A stretch of DNA of 47,664 nucleotides from Pseudobdellovibrionaceae bacterium (lineage in GTDB: Bacteria > Bdellovibrionota > Bdellovibrionia > Bdellovibrionales > Bdellovibrionaceae), in contig JBIKLL010000016.1 of assembly GCA_044359815.1 (NCBI GenBank), positions 1 to 47,664 on the forward strand. Reading direction: 5' to 3'. The translations under genes were made by a program, and so were the position numbers. The notes beneath the pieces are model-generated. The model was not told where the DNA came from and did no database searches. It worked only from the letters and a program-made list of their open reading frames with translations. Below are positions 28,730-36,767 of the stretch, piece by piece (within the stretch, counting starts at the first letter, position 1; each line of letters begins with the position of its first letter).

Positions 28730-28775
28730 AGTCCCTCCTAGAGGGACTTTTCGGCAATTAATCTATAAAATTTTA
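28730..28775 (-). promoter_or_regulatory. Putative sigma-28 promoter plus RBS-occluding hairpin
   Basis: Minus strand TAAA-N16-GCCGAAAA (28775-28748); 8-bp perfect stem agtccctc/gagggact (28730-28748) covering the SD. Confidence 0.5.
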
Positions 28776-29246
28776 TGATTTCTTCAGAAATTTAAAATAT
28801 TTAGCTTCGACAACATCCATTTCCATTTCGTTGCCTTCTTCATCTTTTATAACAGGCGCTTCAGCCAGACCTTGGTCGTTAAATTCTTTACCTGCAGTGA
28901 AAAGCACGCTTTTTTCCTGGTCTAAAGCCTCGCTGTAATAAGGCACATAAAACGATTGGACCTTTCCCGTTTTTGGCAAAAACCCCTGAACCATATTGAT
29001 CTGATCAACTATAATTTTTGGACATTCCACATATTCAACATTGACCGGCCCGGCAGTGCCAATCCATTTGATCCATTCACGAATCCCACATGAATTGATG
29101 CTTTTAATACCGCCGGTATAAACTGTTACCTTTTGAACGCCTTCTAATTTGTGTGGGCCAAAATCTGCATCCTCATCAATGACACCATTAATGGTGACAT
29201 TAGCTTCTGCTCCAGCTTTATCAATTTTTAAATCAAATTTTCCCAT
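28773..29246 (-). CDS. STAS-like (anti-anti-sigma-like) protein
   Basis: GVIDED and IKSINSCGIREW resemble the STAS 'IDSSG' phospho-Ser motif. Confidence 0.65.
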   Translation of the reverse strand: MGKFDLKIDKAGAEANVTINGVIDEDADFGPHKLEGVQKVTVYTGGIKSINSCGIREWIKWIGTAGPVNVEYVECPKIIVDQINMVQGFLPKTGKVQSFYVPYYSEALDQEKSVLFTAGKEFNDQGLAEAPVIKDEEGNEMEMDVVEAKYFKFLKKS

Positions 29247-29281
29247 TGAAATTCCCCTATCTAAACATACACCTTAGTTTA

Positions 29282-31357
29282 TTAACTGTTTTCTTTGCGA
29301 TCAACTGGATCTGCAGCGTCATGGACTGCGATAGTATCAGGTAGCTCGTTAACTATTAAGTTAGAATCAACTTGGTGACTTTGAGGCAGATCAATAGACT
29401 GGATCTCTAGCTTTTGTTTTTCTGGATCAAACTCTACAGCATGAGTACTCAGTTCAGACTCAGCGGCAACCTTGACTTCACTTTCGAGTTTATCACTCTG
29501 TTCCAATGAGTTGTCCTTGTCTGGGACAAAACCACATTCACACATAAAAAAGGTAATATCATCAATCAGTGAGGTTCCCTGCCTAAACTCAGAAAAGTCT
29601 TTGACCATCCCCTGCATGGTGTCCAGTATCGGAGGAAAATCCGTCGAGTTTTTTAAAATTGATTTTAGAAAGTTTCTCTCGCCCCAGGCTTCATTTTTCT
29701 GATTATTGATATCGGGAATTCCGTCTGTATAAAACAAAATCCTGTCGCCTTCATCCAATTGAATTTCAGTCTGTTCATACTCGGTATCAATAGCTTGGCC
29801 TAATCTGGGATTATTGACTTCATTCAAGGGAATCAGGTTTTTCTTAAGCAATTTACCTTCAGTTTTTTTAATTAAAAATGGGGCTTCATGACTGGCATTT
29901 GAATACAGTAATTTTTTGGTCACAGAATCATAGGAAGCCAGGAAAAATGTCATCATGATCTTACCTTTTGAAACATCATAAATGGCTCTGTTCATCAACC
30001 TTAAGGCATGGGCAGGTTCGACATTAAGTCTTTCTATAATAGTGGCCGCTGATTTAGCGGCACTGGTGATCAAGGCTGCTGGAGCTCCATGCCCCGTGGC
30101 GTCCCCAATCCAAAGATAAACTTTGTTTTCGACTTTGCAATAATGCCACCAATCACCGCCGCATTCACTGGCAGGTTCGTAGTGACCTGAGACCCGAAAG
30201 TCCTTAAAATCATGATTAGCCTCTGGGAATAGAGTTTCCTGAACCGTTTGCGCAGTCTTAAGCTCACCTTCCATCCGGGCTTTTTCAGCTGTTTCCAACA
30301 TCAGCCTAGAAACCTCGGCGGCCATGGCATTAAAACTATCAGCCAGACTGCCCACTTCATCACGGGATTTGACTTCGACTTTAATATCAAATTCTCCCTC
30401 GGCAACTTTTTTGGTGGCCTCAACCAATTTGGTGATGGCCTTGGTGATCGAACCCGATCCAATCAATGCCACAATGGTGGTCACACACAAAAGCATCAGA
30501 AAAAATATCGCTGATTTTCTAACTAAAACCACAACGGCGTTCAGAGCTTCTTGTTTATCCACAAAACTTACGACAAATAAATTTGCATGGTTCAGCTGAG
30601 CAAAGGAGCCCAGAAACTCTTTACCAGATTGGCTTTTAAGCAAATCAGTACCAAAGGAAACCTTTTTTTCCTTCGCTCTTTCTAAAAAATCAGTTTCGTA
30701 TTTAGTGGCCAGATAGGTAGCCTCAGTACCTGCAGGTCCAAACAACACAAAACCTTGATCATTTATCAGATAAGACTCCACACCACTGGGAGTTTTAAAA
30801 GTCGACAAAATCTCGGGCAGCCTGCACATGATCAAAAAAAACACTTCACTTTTGCTTTCAGGATTTAACACCCGCTCAACCATCAATACCCTATCGTCCT
30901 TAAAGGGCACTCGGATTAATCGATTCTGCAATCTGACTTCAGTAAAAATCGGATTTAAATTTCCGAACGCAGAAAGCTCTACTGAAGCGGTTCCCGAGAT
31001 TTTTTCGATAATTGATTTTTGTTCAGGAAACAAAGTTTCAGAACTGGAAACATAGGCCGCCATCCAATCAATGTCGATATCGCTTTCAAAAATTTTTCTG
31101 GATAATTCGGAAAAATCTTTTTCTAAAATAAACTCCTGCATCACGGGCTTACTGCTGCTAAGAATTGAGTGCAAAGTGGAATTTGTCTGCGCTGCCAGAC
31201 CTTTGGCTACACCGGAAGAAGTCTCAAAAACATAAGCGATTTTGTCGTTTTTAAACACTTCAATTGCCAAAAGTAGATAAAGGGCCAGTGTCAAAAGTGG
31301 AATCACAGTGAGCAAAATTAAAATTTTTGTACGCAATCGCGTCTTACCAAACATCAT
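29282..31357 (-). CDS. Membrane sensor PP2C/SpoIIE-type Ser phosphatase with HAMP domain
   Basis: Two TMs; HAMP (DEVGSLADSFNAM); AQTVQ, GGDWW, GDATGHG, YTDG and DDIT motifs. Confidence 0.9.
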   Translation of the reverse strand: MMFGKTRLRTKILILLTVIPLLTLALYLLLAIEVFKNDKIAYVFETSSGVAKGLAAQTNSTLHSILSSSKPVMQEFILEKDFSELSRKIFESDIDIDWMAAYVSSSETLFPEQKSIIEKISGTASVELSAFGNLNPIFTEVRLQNRLIRVPFKDDRVLMVERVLNPESKSEVFFLIMCRLPEILSTFKTPSGVESYLINDQGFVLFGPAGTEATYLATKYETDFLERAKEKKVSFGTDLLKSQSGKEFLGSFAQLNHANLFVVSFVDKQEALNAVVVLVRKSAIFFLMLLCVTTIVALIGSGSITKAITKLVEATKKVAEGEFDIKVEVKSRDEVGSLADSFNAMAAEVSRLMLETAEKARMEGELKTAQTVQETLFPEANHDFKDFRVSGHYEPASECGGDWWHYCKVENKVYLWIGDATGHGAPAALITSAAKSAATIIERLNVEPAHALRLMNRAIYDVSKGKIMMTFFLASYDSVTKKLLYSNASHEAPFLIKKTEGKLLKKNLIPLNEVNNPRLGQAIDTEYEQTEIQLDEGDRILFYTDGIPDINNQKNEAWGERNFLKSILKNSTDFPPILDTMQGMVKDFSEFRQGTSLIDDITFFMCECGFVPDKDNSLEQSDKLESEVKVAAESELSTHAVEFDPEKQKLEIQSIDLPQSHQVDSNLIVNELPDTIAVHDAADPVDRKENS

Positions 31358-31468
31358 CTGAGACAGTATGAATTGAAAACAAAAAATATTGTAGCAAAAC
31401 CCATCCAACCCTAACCAAAGTCCATACTCCAAATCTGTCAAATTGCCGAAAAATATCAATAGGATAGG

Positions 31469-33535
31469 TTGATGTTTAAGGATTACACCCTGACAGAAAA
31501 ACGAGTGCTCAAAGTTGCCATAATTTTGTTTATGGTTTTGGGATTCTTTTTGATCAACGATGATTTGCTGGATTTAGAAAATTTCAATTTAAAAAATTCA
31601 ATCGGTAAAATTTCTGAAAGCGAAAACGATGTTCGCTTTAAGCATTCAAATAAATTTGTTTGGAAGAAGGCTCGCAAAAAAGTAAGCGTAGCTGAAGGCG
31701 ATGCTATATTTACGGGTGCTGATTCCACTGCGATGATTGAGCTCTCAGACGGCACCATAGTGAATATTGAACCTAACTCGTTAGTAATTTTGAATCGCAC
31801 TGGGGATCAGCTTGAATTGGATTTAAAGTTTGGTCAGGTCAAAACCGACATCGCAAAATCCATTCGAGTCAAAATGCCCTGCGAATCATTGCAGCTTGAA
31901 GGCGAAAACAGTTCAGTCAAACTGGGACCTGACTGCGCCATTCAAACCCTGCGCGGCAAAGCCAAGTACAAATCCAAAAACCAGATTGATCCATCCTTCG
32001 TTCAACCCATCCAGTGGATTAATTATCCGCGCAACACATTTGTGCACTCTAGCCGAAACTCTCCGGTTAAACTGTCTTGGAGCAAAATCCGCTCACCAAA
32101 TGGCTATTCAATCGAAACATCTCTTGAAGAAAATTTTAGTTCGATTGATACTAGAACCACCTCCATAAGACCTTCACTGAATTTCATCGACTATCCGAAA
32201 ACAGGCCGATTTTTTGCCAGGGTCCGAAGCTACAATGACACGGGCAAAGTGATTGCCGAATCCAAAGTCATTCCCCTAAACATCAAGGAAGTCCATCCGC
32301 CGTTAATTATTTTACCACAAAACAACGCACTACTAAGCTTTGTCACCGATCCCGACGGCACGCCCCTTGAGGAATTTGCAGTCAACACAGAATGGGCGTT
32401 TGCTTTTGAGCGCAATCTTTTTGAAATCGAGCTCAAACTACAAGGCGAAACAGATGCTGCTCCCAACTACATCCCCGTCAAGGGCATCAAGCAAAATCTG
32501 GGTGAGCTGCCCGATGGCCAGTACGCATTCAGAGTCCGATCGATTGCTGCCAAAGACCAAGTGCCCACCGATTGGTCCGATCCTGCCTCATTCACAGTGA
32601 AGCGTGATCGCATCAAATCATTGGCTGCTCCAGATCTTTTGACCAAAAAACTCAATTCACCATTTGGTTCAAAAAAGAAATTATTTGCTGAATGGGAACC
32701 CGTACGCGGAGCCAAGAAATACCGAGTCGAATTTGACAGCAACCCCGAGTTCACGAATCCAAAAAAATATGAAACTGCTGATACAAAGATTTTAATCCCG
32801 AAACCCACTGAGCCTGGCAAATATTACTACCGAGTGGCAGGAAAAACTCTGAAAGGCAGCTTAGGTCCTGCCAGCCAATCTGGCGAGCTCGTCGCCATGA
32901 CAAAGGTTCCCGAGCTAGATCCGTTGCAAAGCTTTTCTGTTTTAGGAAAACATCCTAATGACCCAGGAGCTCCGAAAGAAATCCCTGCAAAATGGAGCAA
33001 AGCTAACGGAGCCGCACTTTACCAAGTTGAAATATCCAAAGACCAAAACTTCACTGATTCAATGAAGTACCTATCCACCGACACTTCAACCCGCGTTGTT
33101 GCCGACAAACCCGGGCAGTATTTTGTCCGCGTGCAAGCTGTGAATTCAGAACGAGCACCGGCCTCAGCCTATTCTAAAATTCAAACGTTTAATTACCAGT
33201 TAGAGATTCCGCTTTACACACCTGACATTAACGAACCTGCAAACAATACAACCGTGTATCAACAAAGAAATTCACCAACTTCGATCTGGGTTGAATGGAA
33301 AAACGTAAAAGGTGCTGAGAAGTATTTATTTGAATTTAGCAAAGACCCTCAATTTGAAAAAACTCTTTACCGCACCACTGTCAAAAAACGCAGACATTTT
33401 ATTTCCAAAAAACTTTCTAACGGAGTTTATTACTATCGCATTCAAGCCTTGAACAATGGCGGTGGTCGATCCAACTGGTCTGAAACCAGAAAACTTAAAA
33501 TTTTATCTGGCAGAAATGCTGGGGGTGAACTGTGA
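31469..33535 (+). CDS. Membrane-anchored FecR-domain protein with multiple fibronectin type III repeats
   Basis: N-terminal TM; GDAIFTGADSTA.IEL.DG FecR motif; repeated W..V.GA..Y and G.YY.RV FN3 motifs. Confidence 0.85.
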   Translation: MMFKDYTLTEKRVLKVAIILFMVLGFFLINDDLLDLENFNLKNSIGKISESENDVRFKHSNKFVWKKARKKVSVAEGDAIFTGADSTAMIELSDGTIVNIEPNSLVILNRTGDQLELDLKFGQVKTDIAKSIRVKMPCESLQLEGENSSVKLGPDCAIQTLRGKAKYKSKNQIDPSFVQPIQWINYPRNTFVHSSRNSPVKLSWSKIRSPNGYSIETSLEENFSSIDTRTTSIRPSLNFIDYPKTGRFFARVRSYNDTGKVIAESKVIPLNIKEVHPPLIILPQNNALLSFVTDPDGTPLEEFAVNTEWAFAFERNLFEIELKLQGETDAAPNYIPVKGIKQNLGELPDGQYAFRVRSIAAKDQVPTDWSDPASFTVKRDRIKSLAAPDLLTKKLNSPFGSKKKLFAEWEPVRGAKKYRVEFDSNPEFTNPKKYETADTKILIPKPTEPGKYYYRVAGKTLKGSLGPASQSGELVAMTKVPELDPLQSFSVLGKHPNDPGAPKEIPAKWSKANGAALYQVEISKDQNFTDSMKYLSTDTSTRVVADKPGQYFVRVQAVNSERAPASAYSKIQTFNYQLEIPLYTPDINEPANNTTVYQQRNSPTSIWVEWKNVKGAEKYLFEFSKDPQFEKTLYRTTVKKRRHFISKKLSNGVYYYRIQALNNGGGRSNWSETRKLKILSGRNAGGEL

Positions 33536-35439
33536 GCCAAGAACTGTTTGATACCTTATTGGAGCCGGTATTTATCGTGAATGAACAATCTAAAATAATT
33601 TATTGCAATGAGCCCGCTGCCCTGCTGACAGGGTTGAGTGTTAAAAAAATATCCAGATCACAGCCAGGCCTTTCTGAAATTCTGAAGTTCAACGAAGTAA
33701 TAACTGAAATTTCAAGCCTTGCCTCTGTGACTGAGCCCACTGCCTACAAAGAGCTGGGTTTTTCAAAACCCGATGGCGATACAGGACGGGCTCAAATTAC
33801 AATTCAACCTTTTCCAACCACTGAGGCAAAATCTTGGATTATCTTCTTTCGCGATGTCACACTTGAAGAGACTCTGCAGAAAAAATACCGAGCAGAGCTG
33901 CAACAGAAAGAAGACGTAATTTCGGATCTGCAAAAAGCAAAAGCTGAACTGCAAAACTATTCTAAGAATCTAGAAAAAATGGTTGATGAAAGAACTCAAG
34001 AAGTCAAAGCGTTGAATGTAACGATGACTGCTTTGCTGGACAGTCTGAATCAAGGGTTTTTTATTTTTGATCAGTCAGGCAAATGCCTTCCGGTGTTTTC
34101 AAAAGCTTGCTTGAGCCTGCTTGAAACTGATCCGTCAGGAAAAAACATTTGGGACGTTTTACATATGAAGCCCCATCAAATCGATGGATTTAAAAAATGG
34201 ATTTCAACATTATTTATGGAAATGCTACCTTTTGAAGACCTGGCTCCGCTGGGTCCACAGAGCATTCCGCATTCACTGGGCCGCAGTATCCGAATGCAAT
34301 ACTATCCCTTGAAAATCCAAGATCAAATGCAACAGGTAGTTGTGGTTGCCACTGATATTACCGACCTGGTTCACGCTCAACAAGAATCAGAAATCGAAAG
34401 AGCAAAGTCTAAAAATATTTTGCAGCTGATTCAGTTTAAAAGCCAAGCGCTCAGATTTATTGCAGAAGGCGAAACATTGTTGGCCGACATATCATCTCAG
34501 CTCAAATCCCAATCTGCTTTAAACTATAATGATCTGTTTATAAATCTGCACACCCTTAAAGGTGGAGCCGCGACCTTTTCAGCACAAACCTTGGTGATCA
34601 ACTGCCATGCAGCTGAAACAGCATTATCAGATTGGCACCGAGATCAAACGGCAGAGTCTCTGCAATCATTAAACCAAAAATGCGATCAAGTCAGCCAGGC
34701 TTTCAATAGCTTTATTAAAGACTCAGAAATTATTTTAGGTTCAGCGGAAAGAAGACAACAAAAATGGATCGAAGTCGCTGCCGATGAAATGAAAACTTTT
34801 TTATGGAATCAAACGGGCAAGCCAGAGATTCTAGAGAACTTTGAATCACAGTTTTTAACTGAGCCCATTGAAAAAATGTTTTCACATTTTGATGACAGTG
34901 TTCAGCAATTGGCCCTTCAGGAAAATAAAAAAATCAACAATCTAGTATTTTTGGGCGGCGATCTTAAGGTTGCCCCACAACCCTATCAGCCATTATTAGG
35001 ATCTTTGATTCACGTTTACAAAAACTCAGCTGATCATGGGATTGAATCCTCTGAAAAACGATGGGAATCTGGCAAACCTGAAGCAGGTTCAATCACAACT
35101 GTATTCCAGAAAACCAATCATGACTTGTTGATCAAAATCACTGACGACGGAGGCGGTATTAGTCCCGCCATAGTCAGAAAAAAATTGGACGAAAAACAAA
35201 TCAATCATTCAGCGGAATCTGACGAACAGGTTATCTATCATATATTTGATGAGAACTTTTCAACAAAGGGCACGGTCAATACAACTAGTGGTCGTGGAGT
35301 TGGCATGGGCGCAGTGTTGGTTGAAGTCAAAAAGCTGGGCGGGACATTGCAATTAAAATCGCAAACCGGAAAAGGCACAGAGATTTTAATCACAGTACCT
35401 TATTTTAGCAGTTTATTAAAATCCCAAAAAGCAGCTTAG
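33532..35439 (+). CDS. CheA-like histidine kinase (PAS, coiled coil, PAS, Hpt, HATPase; no CheW domain)
   Basis: HTLKG, NSADHGIE, DDGGGI, FSTK and SGRGVGM motifs; ends shortly after the ATPase domain. Confidence 0.88.
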   Translation: MSQELFDTLLEPVFIVNEQSKIIYCNEPAALLTGLSVKKISRSQPGLSEILKFNEVITEISSLASVTEPTAYKELGFSKPDGDTGRAQITIQPFPTTEAKSWIIFFRDVTLEETLQKKYRAELQQKEDVISDLQKAKAELQNYSKNLEKMVDERTQEVKALNVTMTALLDSLNQGFFIFDQSGKCLPVFSKACLSLLETDPSGKNIWDVLHMKPHQIDGFKKWISTLFMEMLPFEDLAPLGPQSIPHSLGRSIRMQYYPLKIQDQMQQVVVVATDITDLVHAQQESEIERAKSKNILQLIQFKSQALRFIAEGETLLADISSQLKSQSALNYNDLFINLHTLKGGAATFSAQTLVINCHAAETALSDWHRDQTAESLQSLNQKCDQVSQAFNSFIKDSEIILGSAERRQQKWIEVAADEMKTFLWNQTGKPEILENFESQFLTEPIEKMFSHFDDSVQQLALQENKKINNLVFLGGDLKVAPQPYQPLLGSLIHVYKNSADHGIESSEKRWESGKPEAGSITTVFQKTNHDLLIKITDDGGGISPAIVRKKLDEKQINHSAESDEQVIYHIFDENFSTKGTVNTTSGRGVGMGAVLVEVKKLGGTLQLKSQTGKGTEILITVPYFSSLLKSQKAA

Positions 35440-35488
35440 ATATCTGGACACTTGCTTAGGATTGATTTTGCAAGACAGGTAAAAAATT

Positions 35489-35896
35489 TTATTTCTTTGA
35501 GTGTTTGACCCAAACTGATTTCAGTTTTTCCTCAAAAATTTTAGGCGCAAAGGGTTTTACAATGTACTGACTGACCCCTGCTAAAATGGCTTCTGTGACC
35601 TGGTCTCGTTCAGATTCCGAGGTCAGCAACAAAAACGGCAAAGTCTTCCAATCATTTGAAGCTCGAACCTGTTTTAAAAAATCCAGTCCCGATAATTTGG
35701 GCATATTCCAATCAGAAATAACTAATTCTATGGGAGCTCCCTTGCTAACACTGGTTATCAGGATATTTAGAGCGACTTCACCATCTGCGGCTTCCACAAT
35801 GGATTTAAATCCCATGGCTTTAAGCTGAGACTTCAAAAGTTCCCGTATTGTGGGCATATCATCTGCTATTAAAATTCTGGTTTCTGGAGGAAACAT
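35489..35896 (-). CDS. CheY-like single-domain response regulator
   Basis: IADD, SDWNMP, LTSE and YIVKPF motifs. Confidence 0.92.
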   Translation of the reverse strand: MFPPETRILIADDMPTIRELLKSQLKAMGFKSIVEAADGEVALNILITSVSKGAPIELVISDWNMPKLSGLDFLKQVRASNDWKTLPFLLLTSESERDQVTEAILAGVSQYIVKPFAPKIFEEKLKSVWVKHSKK

Positions 35897-36051
35897 GCTG
35901 TATTTATCTTAAATCATTAGTGTTTTTTGGTCATTACCCTTTCGCTGAACTGGCCCTTAGCCCAAAAGTTCGCCCCTGCTTTTTGAGTTGAAGTTTAAAC
36001 TAAGTCTTGATAATCAATGATGTTCTTGAAATTAAGCACAAGGAGAATTTT

Positions 36052-36231
36052 ATGGCGAAAAAGGGCGGAAGAATTATTGTTACACTTGAATGCACCGAGG
36101 CTCGAGCTCTGGGTAAGTCTCCTTCAAGATACACTACTAGTAAAAATAAAACTAAAACTCCCGGTCGTATGGAAAAGAAAAAGTATAATCCATTTATGCA
36201 AAAACACACCGTACACCGTGAGACTAAATAG
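36052..36231 (+). CDS. rpmG: 50S ribosomal protein L33
   Basis: [38 protein letters not shown] aaggag. Confidence 0.95.
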   Translation: MAKKGGRIIVTLECTEARALGKSPSRYTTSKNKTKTPGRMEKKKYNPFMQKHTVHRETK

Positions 36232-36767
36232 TGATCCTCACAGACAAAGAAATTTTAAAAGGACTCTCTGAAGGGGCCATTTTGATCGAACCCTTTCGCA
36301 AGGAATGTTTGGGTTCCAATTCATACGATGTCCATTTGGGCGGTATCTTGGCTGAATACCTGGACCCAATCCTGGATGCAAAAAAACACAATCCAATAAA
36401 GTTTTTTGAAATTCCCAAAGAAGGCTATGTTCTGTTGCCAGAAAAATTTTATTTAGGTGTTACCGAAGAATACACTGAAACCAAAAAGAATGTCCCCTTT
36501 CTGGAGGGCAAATCCAGTGTGGGCAGATTGGGTATCGACATCCATGCTACGGCTGGAAAAGGCGATGTAGGATTTTGCAACTACTGGACATTAGAAATTT
36601 CCGTCAAGCAACCCGTTAGAGTTTATGCGGGAATGCCCATTGGCCAACTGATTTATTTTGAAATCAAAGGGGAAATTTTAACACCTTACAATCAGAAGGT
36701 TTCCGCAAAATACAACGGCAAGAGCGCAAGACCCGTTGAATCAATGATGTTCAAAAATAATTTCTAA
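36231..36767 (+). CDS. dcd: dCTP deaminase
   Basis: MILTD, NSYDVHLG, EGKSSVGRLG, TLEI, GMPIGQL and KY motifs. Confidence 0.92.
   Translation: MILTDKEILKGLSEGAILIEPFRKECLGSNSYDVHLGGILAEYLDPILDAKKHNPIKFFEIPKEGYVLLPEKFYLGVTEEYTETKKNVPFLEGKSSVGRLGIDIHATAGKGDVGFCNYWTLEISVKQPVRVYAGMPIGQLIYFEIKGEILTPYNQKVSAKYNGKSARPVESMMFKNNF

Noticed and set aside
29282..29530. Acidic C-terminal tail on the PP2C phosphatase as an extra domain
   Set aside because: Low-complexity and probably disordered, with no motif to support a domain call.
31445..31452. Additional sigma-28-like -10 boxes (31445 +, 13005 -, 41966 -, about 15374 -)
   Set aside because: The -35 element or spacing is poor, or the orientation does not fit a downstream gene; not supportable without TSS data.
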